DNA from: Candidatus Limnocylindria bacterium
GTDB lineage: Bacteria > Chloroflexota > Limnocylindria > QHBO01
Length of the DNA: 64,000 nucleotides
Assembly (NCBI GenBank): GCA_035700865.1
Contig: DASSOH010000024.1
Span: 18,201 to 82,200, forward strand
Reading direction: 5' to 3'
Shown: one piece after another, positions 46,440 through 56,731 of the stretch
Numbering within the stretch: position 1 is the stretch's first letter
Layout: each line of letters starts with the position of its first letter
Made by a program: the position numbers and the translations under genes
The notes under the pieces: generated by a model
Databases searched by the model: none
Told to the model about the DNA's origin: nothing
What the model saw: only the letters and a program-made list of their open reading frames with translations

Positions 46440-47339
46440 ATGCTCCGCACGCGCCTCCTGACCGCCGCGATCCTGGGGCCGATCATCCTCGCGGTCGTCC
46501 TGCTCGGCGAGCCGTGGCTGTCGCTGCTGATCGGTCTCGTCGCCTTCCTGGCCCTGGTCGAGGTGGTGTCGCTGCTCGACGCCGCCGGGTACCAGCCACC
46601 GCAGGTGCTCAGCATCCTGGCCGGGATGGCGCTCACGGCGGCGGGGCTCACGGCGGCGAACGCGCAGGGCGTGGGCGGCCCGGCCGCGACCCTGCTGGCG
46701 TCCCTCGACCCGCCCGGCATCGTGGCGGCCACACTGGTCGCCAGCGTCCTGCTGCTGGCCGCCGCCGGGTTCATGCGCGGCGATCCGCGGGCGGGCTTCG
46801 TGACCTGGTCGATGACGACCTTCGGCATCGCCTACGTCGGCCTGCTGCTGCCGACGATCGTGCTGGTCGCGCACCTCGCGCCACCGGGGGGCAGCTGGAG
46901 CAGCGGCGTCGGCGCCTTCGACATCGGTTCCGGGGTGGCGTGGGCGCTGACCCTGGTGCTCATCGTGTGGGGCTACGACACCGGTGCGTACCTCACGGGC
47001 CGCCTGATCGGCCGGCGCCGCCTGGTGGAGCACATCAGCCCCTCGAAGACGGTGGAGGGCGTCGCCGGCGGCCTGATCCTGTCCACCATCGGCGCGGGCA
47101 TCGGGGCGTGGCTGATCGGGCTCGAGCCATGGCACCCGCTGGTGATGGGCCCGCTGGTCGGCCTGGCGGCGCAGGCCGGTGACCTCGCCGAGTCGATGCT
47201 GAAGCGCGCCGCCGGCCGCAAGGAGTCCGGGTTCCTGGTGCCGGGCCACGGCGGCATCCTGGACCGCATCGACTCGTTCCTCTTCGCGGCGCCGGTGCTC
47301 GCGGGATACGCGCTCCTCGTCGCCGGCCGGATCGTATGA
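46440..47339 (+). CDS. cdsA: phosphatidate cytidylyltransferase
   Basis: Polytopic membrane protein with the CTP_transf_1 signature SPSKTVEGVAGG...PGHGGILDRIDS. Confidence 0.88.
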   Translation: MLRTRLLTAAILGPIILAVVLLGEPWLSLLIGLVAFLALVEVVSLLDAAGYQPPQVLSILAGMALTAAGLTAANAQGVGGPAATLLASLDPPGIVAATLVASVLLLAAAGFMRGDPRAGFVTWSMTTFGIAYVGLLLPTIVLVAHLAPPGGSWSSGVGAFDIGSGVAWALTLVLIVWGYDTGAYLTGRLIGRRRLVEHISPSKTVEGVAGGLILSTIGAGIGAWLIGLEPWHPLVMGPLVGLAAQAGDLAESMLKRAAGRKESGFLVPGHGGILDRIDSFLFAAPVLAGYALLVAGRIV

Positions 47340-48463
47340 CCGGGGTCGCCATCCTCGGGTCGACCGGATCCATCGGCCGCCAGGCGCTGGAGGTGATCGA
47401 CGGGCTGGGCGATCGGTTCGAGGTGCTCGGCCTGGCCTCCGGGCGCGGCGGCGAGACGTTCGTCCAGCAGCTGGACCGATGGCCCGCGGCGCGGGCGTGG
47501 TGCGCCGAGAGCGAGGCGTCCGTGCCGGGCGACCGTCGCGCGGCGGGGCTCGTCGAGCTCGCGACGCTCGACGGGGTCGAGCTGGTGGTGGTGGCCACCA
47601 CCGGGATGGCCGCGCTGCCCGCGGTGCTCGACGCGCTGCGCGGCGGCCGGCGCGTGGCGCTGGCGAACAAGGAGACGCTGGTCACCGGCGGCCACCTGGT
47701 GGCGCGCGCCCTCGACGAACTCGGCGGCGATCCGCTCGATCGCCTCCGGCCCATCGACAGCGAGCACTCGGCCATCTGGCAGTGCGTGGTCGGGGAACCG
47801 CGAGACGCCGTCGAGCGTCTGGTGCTGACCGCCAGCGGAGGGCCGTTCCGCGGCCGTCCACCGGAGTCCCTGGCGGGGGTGACGGCGGGCGAGGCGCTGG
47901 CGCACCCGACCTGGCGGATGGGGCCGAAGATCACCGTCGACTCGGCCACCCTCGTCAACAAGGCCTTCGAGGTGATCGAGGCCAAATGGCTGTACCGGCT
48001 CCCGTACTCTAGGATTGACGCCGTGATCCATCCCCAGAGCGTGGTGCACTCGCTGGTCGAGTTCACCGACGGCTCGTTCAAGGCCCAGCTCGGCCTGCCC
48101 GACATGCGCCTGCCCATCCAGTACGCGCTCACCCACCCCGACCGGCTGTCGTCGCCGACGCGCCGCTCCCATCCGGCGGATTGGGGCTCGCTCGACTTCG
48201 CGCCACTGACGCGCGGCAGCTACCCGGCGTACGACGTCGTTCGCGACGCCGCCTCCGCCGGCGGCAACCGCGGAACCGTGGTGAACGCCGCCGACGAGGT
48301 CGCGGTAGCGGCCTTCCTGGACGGTCGCATCGGCTTCATGCAGCTGACGGCGACCCTCGCGACCAGCGTCGAGCGCTGGGGCAGCGACCGCGAGCCGGAG
48401 CTCGACGAGCTGGTGGAGCTGGATGCCGAGATCCGGGACGCGCTGCGGATGGAGCTGCCCTGA
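47336..48463 (+). CDS. dxr: 1-deoxy-D-xylulose 5-phosphate reductoisomerase
   Basis: ILGSTGSIGRQAL, LANKETLV, PIDSEHSAIWQC, LTASGGPFR. Confidence 0.92.
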   Translation: MTGVAILGSTGSIGRQALEVIDGLGDRFEVLGLASGRGGETFVQQLDRWPAARAWCAESEASVPGDRRAAGLVELATLDGVELVVVATTGMAALPAVLDALRGGRRVALANKETLVTGGHLVARALDELGGDPLDRLRPIDSEHSAIWQCVVGEPRDAVERLVLTASGGPFRGRPPESLAGVTAGEALAHPTWRMGPKITVDSATLVNKAFEVIEAKWLYRLPYSRIDAVIHPQSVVHSLVEFTDGSFKAQLGLPDMRLPIQYALTHPDRLSSPTRRSHPADWGSLDFAPLTRGSYPAYDVVRDAASAGGNRGTVVNAADEVAVAAFLDGRIGFMQLTATLATSVERWGSDREPELDELVELDAEIRDALRMELP

Positions 48464-49590
48464 TGGACGTGCTCGCCACCGTCGCCGCCTTCATCGGCGT
48501 CCTGGTCGTGCTCGTGCTCGTCCACGAGCTGGGCCACTTCGTCGCCGCCAAGCGCAGCGGCATCACCGTCGAGGAGTTCGGGATCGGCTTCCCGCCGCGC
48601 ATCACCTCGGTGACGTGGCACGGCACGCGATACAGCCTGAACTGGATCCCGCTGGGCGGCTTCGTGAAGATGCTCGGCGAGGACGGCGACGTCGAGATCC
48701 GGAGGCTCCGCGAACGCGGCCTCTCCGACGACGAGATCGAGCGCGCCATGAACGGGGCCTTCAACCGGCGCCCGGTATGGATCCGGGTAGGCGTGCTGCT
48801 CGCCGGCGTCGCCATGAACTTCGTGCTGGCGGCCGCCCTCTTCGCGATCGCGTTCAGCATGCCGGTGCCGTACGGCCAGGGCCCGCTGCAGGTCGTCTCG
48901 ATCCAGCCGGACAGCCCGGCGAGCACCGCGCTCGACGTCGGCGACGTGATCACCGGGGCCGACGGGGAGACCTTCGATCGCTCCGCCGACCTGACCGACT
49001 ACATCAACGAGCGCGCCGGAAGCGAGGTGACCCTGCAGGTCCAGCGCGACGGCAAGGCCCTCGACGTGACGGTCACGCCGCGCGTCGTCACCGAGCAGGA
49101 GCGTGCCAGTGGCGTCGGGCCGGTCGGGTTCGGCTACAAGCCGGCCGAGGTGGGTGAGGATCCGCCGATCGCTGACGGACCGATCGACGCGGTGGCGCGC
49201 GGAACCGGCTTCGCCGGCACGCTGGCCATGCAGATTCCCGGCGGCCTGGCCGATGCCGTCGGCGGCCTGCTGGGCCTGAACCCGAACGCCGGCGACGCGC
49301 GCGGACCCATCGGCATCGCCCAGGAGACGGGGGAGGTCCTCGACTCGCCGCTGTTCAACCAGCTGCTGTTCGTCGGGCTGCTGTCGGTCAACCTGGCGGT
49401 GCTCAACGTGCTGCCGTTCCCGCCGCTGGACGGCGGACGGATCGCCGTCGTGCTGGTCGAGGCCGTCCGGCGCCGCCGGCTGCCGGCCGAGCGCGAGGCG
49501 CTGATCTACCTGACCGGCTTCGCCGTCCTCATCGCCCTCGTCATCCTGATCAGCATCCAGGACATCCAGCGGCTGATCACCGGCGGCTGA
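48463..49590 (+). CDS. rseP: RIP site-2 metalloprotease RseP
   Basis: HELGHFVAAK (HExxH), PDZ domain, LDGG motif near the C-terminus. ATG overlaps the dxr stop. Confidence 0.9.
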   Translation: MDVLATVAAFIGVLVVLVLVHELGHFVAAKRSGITVEEFGIGFPPRITSVTWHGTRYSLNWIPLGGFVKMLGEDGDVEIRRLRERGLSDDEIERAMNGAFNRRPVWIRVGVLLAGVAMNFVLAAALFAIAFSMPVPYGQGPLQVVSIQPDSPASTALDVGDVITGADGETFDRSADLTDYINERAGSEVTLQVQRDGKALDVTVTPRVVTEQERASGVGPVGFGYKPAEVGEDPPIADGPIDAVARGTGFAGTLAMQIPGGLADAVGGLLGLNPNAGDARGPIGIAQETGEVLDSPLFNQLLFVGLLSVNLAVLNVLPFPPLDGGRIAVVLVEAVRRRRLPAEREALIYLTGFAVLIALVILISIQDIQRLITGG

Positions 49591-49605
49591 CACCCCTGCC
49601 GCGAC

Positions 49606-49631
49606 CCGGCGTATATCGTGATATACGCCGG
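49606..49631. terminator. perfect palindrome CCGGCGTATAT-cgtg-ATATACGCCGG after rseP
   Basis: 11-bp arms and a 4-nt loop, 16 nt after the rseP stop and about 20 nt upstream of the nusA promoter -35. It could instead be an operator. Confidence 0.4.
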
Positions 49632-49649
49632 AGCTGACGCGCGCCCCAT

Positions 49650-49679
49650 TTGGCGGTGACCGAGCGCATCGGCTATACT
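49650..49679 (+). promoter_or_regulatory. candidate promoter of nusA-ylxR-infB operon (TTGGCG-18-TATACT)
   Basis: -35/-10 pair 124 nt upstream of the nusA ATG. Confidence 0.4.
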
Positions 49680-49732
49680 CCGCATCGGTTCTGCCGGCCA
49701 ATGCGAACCACAAATATTGAACCTAGTGCCAG

Positions 49733-49768
49733 GACGTGGGTCGGTTCGCCATCCCACGTCTTTGTTTT
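49733..49768 (+). terminator. intrinsic terminator/attenuator in nusA leader
   Basis: gacgtggg-(12-nt loop)-cccacgtc followed by TTTGTTTT, the only clean U-tract terminator in the window. 34 nt upstream of the nusA start codon. Confidence 0.55.
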
Positions 49769-49802
49769 CGTCCGGAACCGGGTAGGCGAGCGAGGAGCGG
49801 CC

Positions 49803-50930
49803 ATGAATCGAGACTTCATCGGAGCATTGCTCCAGCTGAACGCCGAGAAGGGTGTGCCGCAGGAAATCCTGATCAGGACCCTCGAGCAGGCCATCGAATC
49901 CGCGTATCGTCGCAACGCCGATGCGCCCGAGAACGTGGTCGTGACGGTCAACCCCGAGTCGGGGGAGATCACCGTGGCGCGCGAGTACGAGGTGGTCGCC
50001 GGGGAGCAGGAGATCGAGGACCCCGAGCTCCAGATGACGGCCGCCGCCGCACAGAAGATCGATCCCACCACCGGCGTGGGCGGCAAGGTGCGCGTGCCGG
50101 AGAACGTGACGCAGGCCCAGCTGGGCCGCATTGCGGCGCAGACGGCGGGGCAGGTCTACCGCCAGCGGCTGCGCGAGGCGCAGCGCGACGTGATCTTCCA
50201 GCAGTACGCCGCCCGCGAGGGCGAGATCATGACCGGGAACGTGCAGCGCACCACCGACTCGGCCGTCGTGCTCGACATGGGCAAGGACGTCGAGGCGGTG
50301 CTGGCCGTGACCGAACAGCTGCCGAACGAGACATATCGCATCGGGCAGCACCTCAAGGTCTACGTGATGGAGGTGCGGCGCACGACGCGCGGCCCGGTCA
50401 TCGTCGCCAGCCGCACGCACCGGGGCTTCCTCCGCCGCCTGATGGAGATGGAGATCCCCGAGATCTACAACGGCACCGTGGTGATCCGGGGGATCGCCCG
50501 CGAGGCTGGCAGCCGCTCCAAGGTGGCGGTCGAGTCCCGTCAGCCCGGCGTCGACGCCAAGGGCGCGGCGGTCGGGCAGCGCGGGGCGCGGATCCAGGCC
50601 ATCGTCGCCGAGCTCAACGGCGAGAAGGTCGACATCGTGCTGTGGGACGAGGATCCGGGGCGCTTCGTCGCCGAGGCGCTGAGCCCCGCCGAGGTGCTCA
50701 GCGTGCGGATCGACGAGGAGCACAAGATCGCCAACGTCATCGTGCCCGAGCGTCAGCTCAGCCTGGCCATCGGCAAGGAGGGGCAGAATGCCCGCCTGGC
50801 CGCGAAGCTGACCGGCTGGCGCATCGACATCCGCTCGGAGGCGGGCGTCGCCACCGCGGCCGCCGGCAGCGGCGAGCATGGTGCCGAGGCCGGCGCCGAG
50901 GCGCCGGACGATGCCGAAGCGACGACCTGA
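49803..50930 (+). CDS. nusA: transcription termination/antitermination factor NusA
   Basis: [21 protein letters not shown]..., S1 and two KH domains ([22 protein letters not shown]). No rimP is present upstream. Confidence 0.92.
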   Translation: MNRDFIGALLQLNAEKGVPQEILIRTLEQAIESAYRRNADAPENVVVTVNPESGEITVAREYEVVAGEQEIEDPELQMTAAAAQKIDPTTGVGGKVRVPENVTQAQLGRIAAQTAGQVYRQRLREAQRDVIFQQYAAREGEIMTGNVQRTTDSAVVLDMGKDVEAVLAVTEQLPNETYRIGQHLKVYVMEVRRTTRGPVIVASRTHRGFLRRLMEMEIPEIYNGTVVIRGIAREAGSRSKVAVESRQPGVDAKGAAVGQRGARIQAIVAELNGEKVDIVLWDEDPGRFVAEALSPAEVLSVRIDEEHKIANVIVPERQLSLAIGKEGQNARLAAKLTGWRIDIRSEAGVATAAAGSGEHGAEAGAEAPDDAEATT

Positions 50931-51183
50931 TCACGTCCCGACCCGCACCTGCGCGGTGTGCCGGACCTCGCGCCCGAAGCGCGAGATGGACCGGCTGGTT
51001 CGCGGGGCGGACGGGCTCATCCACCTCGATCCGACCGGGAAGCTGGCGGGCCGGGGCACATACATCTGTCATGAACCGGCCTGCCGGGACCCGCGGCGCG
51101 CCGCCGGGGCCGTCAGGCGGGCACTCGACGCGGATCTCGCGCCGGGAACGTTCGAAGTCGAGGTGAAGCATGCCGCCGAATAG
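50911..51183 (+). CDS. ylxR: YlxR/DUF448 family RNA-binding protein
   Basis: RTCAVCR...GRGTYIC...AC pattern. Overlaps the nusA 3' end and the infB 5' end. Confidence 0.8.
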   Translation: MPKRRPDHVPTRTCAVCRTSRPKREMDRLVRGADGLIHLDPTGKLAGRGTYICHEPACRDPRRAAGAVRRALDADLAPGTFEVEVKHAAE

Positions 51184-53071
51184 ATACCGACCGCGCCGAG
51201 GGCCACGTCCGCAGCGCAAGCGCAGCGGACCACGCCCGGGTGGCGTGCTCACCGAGACGGCCCCGCAGCGCCCGTCCGGCCCGGTCGAGCTGCCCAATCC
51301 CGTCGTGGTCAAGGACCTCTCGGAGGCGCTGGGCGTCAGCAACGCCGACATCATCAACGTCCTGATCCGCAACGGGATCTTCGCCACCGTCAACCAGTCC
51401 ATCGACTTCGACACCGCGTCGCTGGTCGCCGGCGAGCTCGGGATGGAGACCGTCGAGCGCGGCGCCGCCGAGCGTGCCGCCGCCGAGGAGGCGCGCGAGC
51501 AAGAGCTGGTGAAGCCCGGTGCCGAGTCCGCCGACGCCCGTCCCAGCCTGTGGAGCGAGGATGATCCCTCCAAGCTCACGACGCGCGCGCCGATCGTGAC
51601 CGTCATGGGCCACGTCGACCACGGCAAGACCAGCCTCCTGGACGCGGTCCGCGAGACCAAGGTCGCGGCGGGGGAGTCCGGCGGCATCACCCAGCACATC
51701 GGTGCGAGCGAGGTCACCCACAACGGACGCCGCATCGTCTTCCTGGACACGCCGGGCCACGAGGCCTTCAGCGCCATGCGCGCGCGTGGCGCCCAGGTCA
51801 CCGACATCGCGATCATCGTGGTGGCGGCCGATGACGGCGTGATGCCGCAGACCAAGGAAGCCATCGACCACGTGCGCGCGGCGCGCGTGCCGATGATCGT
51901 GGCGATCAACAAGATCGACAAGCCGGACGCGAACCCGGACCGGGTGAAGCAGGAGCTGGCCGACAACAACGTGCTCATCGAGGAGTACGGCGGCGACGTC
52001 ATCTCCGTTCCGGTGAGCGCGAAGCAGCGCACCGGCATCGACGAGCTGATGGAGATGGTGCTGCTGGTCGCCGATCTGCAGGACCTCAAGGCCAACCCCG
52101 ACCGCGACGCGATCGGCACGATCGTGGAGTCGAAGGTCGACAAGGGCCGCGGCAACGTGGCCACGGTCCTGGTCCAGACCGGAACGCTCAAGGTCGGCCA
52201 GGTCGTCACCGTCGGCAAGACGTGGGGACGCGTCCGAGCCCTGAACACCGCCGCCGGCAAGCGCGTGAAGCAGGCGGAGCCGGCCACGGCGGTCGAGATC
52301 ATCGGCCTCCAGGGCTTGCCCGAGGCCGGCGACCACCTGCTGGTCGTGGCCGACGAGAAGGCGGCGCGCGACGCGGCCGAGGCCGCCGAGCGTGCGGCGG
52401 CCGGCGGCGAGGGCCGCCAGGTCAGCAGCCTCGAGGAGATCAGCGCGGCCATCCAGGCCAGCGAGACGGCCGAGCTGCGTGTCGTCCTCAAGACCGACGT
52501 CCAGGGGTCGCTGGGTGCCATCCGCGGCGCCCTGGAGCGGCTGAACACGACCGAGGTGCGGATCAACATCCTGCGCGAGGGCGCGGGCGACATCAACGAG
52601 TCCGACGTGAACCTCGCCTCGGCCTCGGACGCGGTGATCATCGGCTTCAACACGCGGCTGGACGCCGGAGCGCAGCGTGCCGTGGAGGCCACGGGCGTGG
52701 ACGTGCGCGTGTACGACGTCATCTACAAGCTGACCGATGACATGGCCCAGGCCCTCAAGGGCATGCTCGCGCCGAAGATGGTCGAGCAGGTCGAGGGGCA
52801 CGCGGAGGTCCGGATGGTGATCAAGGCCGGCAAGGCCGGGAACATCGCCGGCTCCTACGTCACGGACGGCCGCATCGTGCGTGGCGGGCAGGCGCGGCTC
52901 TACCGCGGCAGCACCCTGCTGGCCGATACGCGCATCACCTCGCTCAAGCGCTTCAAGGACGACGTCCGCGAGGTGCAGACCGGGTACGAGTGTGGCATCG
53001 GCCTCGACTACGAGGACATCGCCGAGGGCGACGTCGTCGAGTGCTACCAGATGGTGGCCGAGCAGGCCTGA
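51170..53071 (+). CDS. infB: translation initiation factor IF-2
   Basis: G domain ([27 protein letters not shown]), C-terminal beta-barrels. 633 aa. Confidence 0.93.
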   Translation: MPPNRYRPRRGPRPQRKRSGPRPGGVLTETAPQRPSGPVELPNPVVVKDLSEALGVSNADIINVLIRNGIFATVNQSIDFDTASLVAGELGMETVERGAAERAAAEEAREQELVKPGAESADARPSLWSEDDPSKLTTRAPIVTVMGHVDHGKTSLLDAVRETKVAAGESGGITQHIGASEVTHNGRRIVFLDTPGHEAFSAMRARGAQVTDIAIIVVAADDGVMPQTKEAIDHVRAARVPMIVAINKIDKPDANPDRVKQELADNNVLIEEYGGDVISVPVSAKQRTGIDELMEMVLLVADLQDLKANPDRDAIGTIVESKVDKGRGNVATVLVQTGTLKVGQVVTVGKTWGRVRALNTAAGKRVKQAEPATAVEIIGLQGLPEAGDHLLVVADEKAARDAAEAAERAAAGGEGRQVSSLEEISAAIQASETAELRVVLKTDVQGSLGAIRGALERLNTTEVRINILREGAGDINESDVNLASASDAVIIGFNTRLDAGAQRAVEATGVDVRVYDVIYKLTDDMAQALKGMLAPKMVEQVEGHAEVRMVIKAGKAGNIAGSYVTDGRIVRGGQARLYRGSTLLADTRITSLKRFKDDVREVQTGYECGIGLDYEDIAEGDVVECYQMVAEQA

Positions 53072-53078
53072 GCGACCG

Positions 53079-53435
53079 ATGAGCCAGCGCACCGACCGGC
53101 TCGACAGCCAGATCCGGGCGGAGCTCATGCAGCTCCTCCAGCGCGAGATGAAGGACCCTCGAGTCGGGTTCGCCACCATCACGCGCGTGGAGACCGCCCG
53201 CGATCTCGGCTCGGCTCGGGTATGGGTCAGCGTCATGGGGACGCCGGAGGAGAAGGCGGCCACCATCCAGGCCCTGACCGATGCCGCCCCATGGATGCGC
53301 CGGCAGCTGGGCCAGCGCATCACGGTGCGACAGGTGCCGCAGCTGGTGATCCGCCTCGACGACTCGATCGAGGCCGGCGACCGCGTGCTGAAGCTGCTCA
53401 ACGAGCTCGAGGAGGAGCGCGCCGGTGAGCCGTGA
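53079..53435 (+). CDS. rbfA: ribosome-binding factor A
   Basis: RLDSQIRAELMQLLQREMKDPRVGFATITRVE...RQVPQLVI. Confidence 0.9.
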   Translation: MSQRTDRLDSQIRAELMQLLQREMKDPRVGFATITRVETARDLGSARVWVSVMGTPEEKAATIQALTDAAPWMRRQLGQRITVRQVPQLVIRLDDSIEAGDRVLKLLNELEEERAGEP

Positions 53436-54408
53436 CGCGGTGCTCGACGCGTTGCGCTCGGCGACCCGCATCACGACCATCTGCCACGAGAATCCCGATG
53501 CCGACTCGCTCGGGGCCGCCATCGCCCTGCGCATCGCCGCCGAGCGGATGGGGAAGCAGGCCGAAGTGGTCGCTGCCGACGGGGTGCCGCCGTTCCTGGC
53601 CGGGCTGCCCCGGGCCGGCGAGGTCCGGCGCCTGCCTGAGCTGGAACCCGACCTGGCGGTGATGCTCGACGGTCCGCTGTCACGGTCCGGCGCGGTCGTC
53701 ACCGAGGCCGCGGACTGGCTCGCGGCGGCACGCGTGGTGAACATCGACCACCACGTGTCGAACGACGGTGCGGAGGTGCCGCTGGCCTACGTCGACGCCG
53801 ATGCGGCCGCGACGTGCGAGATCGTGGCGCTCATGATCCCGGACCTCGGCGTGGACGTCGACGCGGAGATCGCCACCGCACTGGCCGCGGGGATCGTGCA
53901 GGACACCCACACCTTCTCGCACCCCAACGCCACGCCGCGCACGCTGCGGGTCATGGCCGACCTCGTCGCCGCCGGGGCGCCGCTCTCGCAGCTCCACAAG
54001 GCGATCTACGCGGACAAGCCGTTCAGCACCATGGCGCTGTGGGGCCGAATGCTGGCCGGCATCGGGCAGCGCCGCGACGGCAGGATCGTGCATGCCGCCC
54101 AGACGCTCGAGATGCTGCGCGAGACGGGTGCCGATCCCACCGCCACCGAGGGATTCGTGGACCTGCTGGCGAGCACCAGGACCGGGGAGATCACCGTCCT
54201 CTTCAAGGAAGCGGCCGCCGACCGCGTTCGCGCCAGCGTGCGGACCGCGGCGAGCGCGGATGCCGTCGCGATCACCACCGCCTTCGGCGGGGGTGGCCAT
54301 GCGCGGGCTGCCGGCTGCACGCTCGACGTGCCGCTGCCCGAGGCGCGGGATCGACTCCTGGACGAGTGCGAGCGCGAGCTGGACCGCGCCGATGCTCGGG
54401 GTCGTTAA
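53425..54408 (+). CDS. nrnA: DHH/DHHA1 phosphoesterase NrnA (nanoRNase/pAp phosphatase)
   Basis: HENPDADSLGAA, NIDHHVSN (DHH), C-terminal GGGH (DHHA1). Confidence 0.85.
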   Translation: MSRDAVLDALRSATRITTICHENPDADSLGAAIALRIAAERMGKQAEVVAADGVPPFLAGLPRAGEVRRLPELEPDLAVMLDGPLSRSGAVVTEAADWLAAARVVNIDHHVSNDGAEVPLAYVDADAAATCEIVALMIPDLGVDVDAEIATALAAGIVQDTHTFSHPNATPRTLRVMADLVAAGAPLSQLHKAIYADKPFSTMALWGRMLAGIGQRRDGRIVHAAQTLEMLRETGADPTATEGFVDLLASTRTGEITVLFKEAAADRVRASVRTAASADAVAITTAFGGGGHARAAGCTLDVPLPEARDRLLDECERELDRADARGR

Positions 54409-55279
54409 CCTCGACAAGCCGGTCGGGCCCACCAGCCATGACATGGTCGGGCTCCTGCGGCGGCTGACCGGGACGCGACGCATCGGCCATGCCGGCACGC
54501 TCGACCCGCTCGCATCGGGCGTGCTGCCCATCCTGGTCGGGGCCGCCACGCGGTTCAGCGAGGAGCTGACGGGCGGCTCGAAGCGCTACGACGCGACGAT
54601 CCGCCTGGGCGCTCGTTCGGCGACCGATGATGCCCAGGGCCCCGTCGAGCCCACCGGTGCGGCGATCCCCGACGACGACGCGATCCGCGCGGCGGTGGCG
54701 GGCTTCGTCGGCACCTTCGAGCAGCGGCCGCCGGCCTTCAGCGCCCGGAAGCAGGGCGGGCGGACCGCGCACCGCGCCGCGCGGGCGGGGGAGCCGCTCG
54801 ACCTCCCATCGCGGACGGTGAGCATCGAGTCCATCGAGGTGCGATCCATCCAGCGCGCGGACGGCATGGCCGACGTGCGCGTCGATCTGCGCTGCGGGGC
54901 CGGCACCTACGTGCGTTCCGTCGCCCGCGACGTCGGGGATCGGCTCGGCTGCGGCGGGCACCTGGCTGCCCTGCGCCGAACGGAGGCGGCCGGCCTGCGC
55001 GTCGACGACGCCGTCACGCCCACGCAGCTGGAGGCGCTGGCGCAGGCCGGACGCCTCGCCAGTGCCGTCATGCCCGTCGGCGAGTTCCTGCACATGCCCC
55101 GCGCGAGCCTGGACGCCGTCGAGGCGGCGCGATTCCGCAACGGTTCCACCGTCGACGTCGACCGCGGCCTGGCCGGGCGGATCTCGGCCTGGAGCGAGGG
55201 GCGGCTGCTGGGCATCGGATCCGCCGAGGCGGGACGGCTGCGGCCGGTGAAGGTCCTGCCGACCGAGGTCGAGGCGTGA
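54392..55279 (+). CDS. truB: tRNA pseudouridine55 synthase
   Basis: GVVNLDKPVGPTSHD, GHAGTLDPLASGVL, PUA-like C-terminus. Confidence 0.9.
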   Translation: MLGVVNLDKPVGPTSHDMVGLLRRLTGTRRIGHAGTLDPLASGVLPILVGAATRFSEELTGGSKRYDATIRLGARSATDDAQGPVEPTGAAIPDDDAIRAAVAGFVGTFEQRPPAFSARKQGGRTAHRAARAGEPLDLPSRTVSIESIEVRSIQRADGMADVRVDLRCGAGTYVRSVARDVGDRLGCGGHLAALRRTEAAGLRVDDAVTPTQLEALAQAGRLASAVMPVGEFLHMPRASLDAVEAARFRNGSTVDVDRGLAGRISAWSEGRLLGIGSAEAGRLRPVKVLPTEVEA

Positions 55280-56214
55280 GGCCACCGTTCGGCATCGAGC
55301 GACTTCCGGCGATCGGTCCGGCCGTGATCACGCTGGGGGTGTTCGACGGGGTGCATCGCGGGCATCGGGCCATCCTGGAGGCGACGACCACCGCGGCGCG
55401 CGAGCGGCAGGCGGCGTCGGTGGCGCTCGTCTTCACGCCGCACCCGGACGAGGTGCTGCGGCCCGGGACGACCGTCCCGCGCCTCCTGCCCCCGGAGCGC
55501 AGCCTGGAGGCGATCGAGGCGGTGGGCATCGGCCACGCCATCCCGGTCCGCTTCGACGACGAGCTGCGGTCCCTGGCGCCGGAGGCGTTCCTGGCGGCCC
55601 TGGCGCCCGCGATCGAGCTGCGCGGCATCGTCATGACACCGGGCAGCGCCTTCGGCCGCGGTCGCGCCGGCACGCTGGCGCGCGTCCGCGAGATCGGCGA
55701 CGGCGCCGGCTTCGACGCCATCGCCGTCGATCCGCTGCTGATCGACGATGCGCCGGTGTCGTCGTCCCGCATCCGTGACGCGCTCGCCGCCGGCGACCTC
55801 GACGCGGCGCGCCGGCTCCTGGGACGGGCGCCGGTGCTGGAGGGCACGGTCATCCACGGCGATCGGCGCGGTCGCGAGCTCGGCTTCCCGACCGCGAACC
55901 TCGGCTTCGACTACCCGCCTGCGCTGCCGGCGCTCGGCATCTACCTCGGACGGGTGAGCTGCCCGGCCCGCGAGGTGGGCCCCGATCACCCCGCGCTGGT
56001 CAGCATCGGCGTGCGGCCGACCTTCCACGAGCATGGTCTGCTGCTGGTCGAGGTCTACCTGCTCGACTGGGACGGCGACCTGTACGAGACGACCCTGGAG
56101 GTCGCGCTCGAGGCGCGGTTGCGCGACGAGCGGCGCTTCACCTCGGTCGACGAGCTGGTGGCCCAGATGCGCGCGGATGAGGCGCATGCGCGGCGGCTGC
56201 TGGCCGAGGGCTGA
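55276..56214 (+). CDS. ribF: bifunctional riboflavin kinase/FMN adenylyltransferase
   Basis: [19 protein letters not shown]-terminal kinase domain (GFPTANL, PTF). Confidence 0.88.
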   Translation: MRPPFGIERLPAIGPAVITLGVFDGVHRGHRAILEATTTAARERQAASVALVFTPHPDEVLRPGTTVPRLLPPERSLEAIEAVGIGHAIPVRFDDELRSLAPEAFLAALAPAIELRGIVMTPGSAFGRGRAGTLARVREIGDGAGFDAIAVDPLLIDDAPVSSSRIRDALAAGDLDAARRLLGRAPVLEGTVIHGDRRGRELGFPTANLGFDYPPALPALGIYLGRVSCPAREVGPDHPALVSIGVRPTFHEHGLLLVEVYLLDWDGDLYETTLEVALEARLRDERRFTSVDELVAQMRADEAHARRLLAEG

Positions 56215-56247
56215 CCGGGCACGCCGATGGCGAGAGCGGGCCTCCTC

Positions 56248-56256
56248 TGGTAGACT
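56248..56256 (+). promoter_or_regulatory. extended -10 (TGGTAGACT) upstream of rpsO
   Basis: 35 nt upstream of the rpsO GTG. Confidence 0.3.
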
Positions 56257-56290
56257 CGCCAGGCTAACGGAAACGAATGTGGAGGAATAC

Positions 56291-56560
56291 GTGCCGCTCG
56301 CCAAGGACGCGAAGAGCGCAATCGTCGAGGAATATGCCACGCACGAGGGCGACACTGGATCACCCGAGGTGCAGATTGCGCTTCTCACCGAGCGGATCAA
56401 GTCGCTGACGGAGCACCTGCGCAGCTTCCCCAAGGACAACCACTCGCGCCGCGGGCTGCTCAAGCTCGTCGGGCAGCGCCGACGGCTGCTGGCCTACCTG
56501 GTCCGCAACGACGTGGATCGGTACCGCGCCGTCATCAGCAGCTTGGGGCTGCGCCGCTAA
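56291..56560 (+). CDS. rpsO: 30S ribosomal protein S15
   Basis: GTG behind [30 protein letters not shown]...[20 protein letters not shown]. Confidence 0.92.
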   Translation: MPLAKDAKSAIVEEYATHEGDTGSPEVQIALLTERIKSLTEHLRSFPKDNHSRRGLLKLVGQRRRLLAYLVRNDVDRYRAVISSLGLRR

Positions 56561-56574
56561 CCCCGCTCGCGATC

Positions 56575-56616
56575 GACCCAGGGCCCCGAGCCAGTCGGAT
56601 TTGGGGGACCTGGGTC
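56575..56616 (+). promoter_or_regulatory. long interrupted stem-loop in rpsO-pnp intergenic region (candidate pnp leader processing/autoregulatory hairpin)
   Basis: gacccagg(g)cccc...(15-nt loop)...gggg(a)cctgggtc, about 12 bp with one bulge. In E. coli the rpsO-pnp intergenic region holds an RNase III-cleaved hairpin controlling pnp. No U-tract. Confidence 0.35.
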
Positions 56617-56731
56617 TCGCGCATCTGCTCACAACCCCCGAGCGGCATCCGAGGAACCACCTGACGCGGCGCTCCGACCCGGAGCGCGCCAGTTGGGCTC
56701 GCGTGCCGCGACAAGCACACTGGAGGATTCA

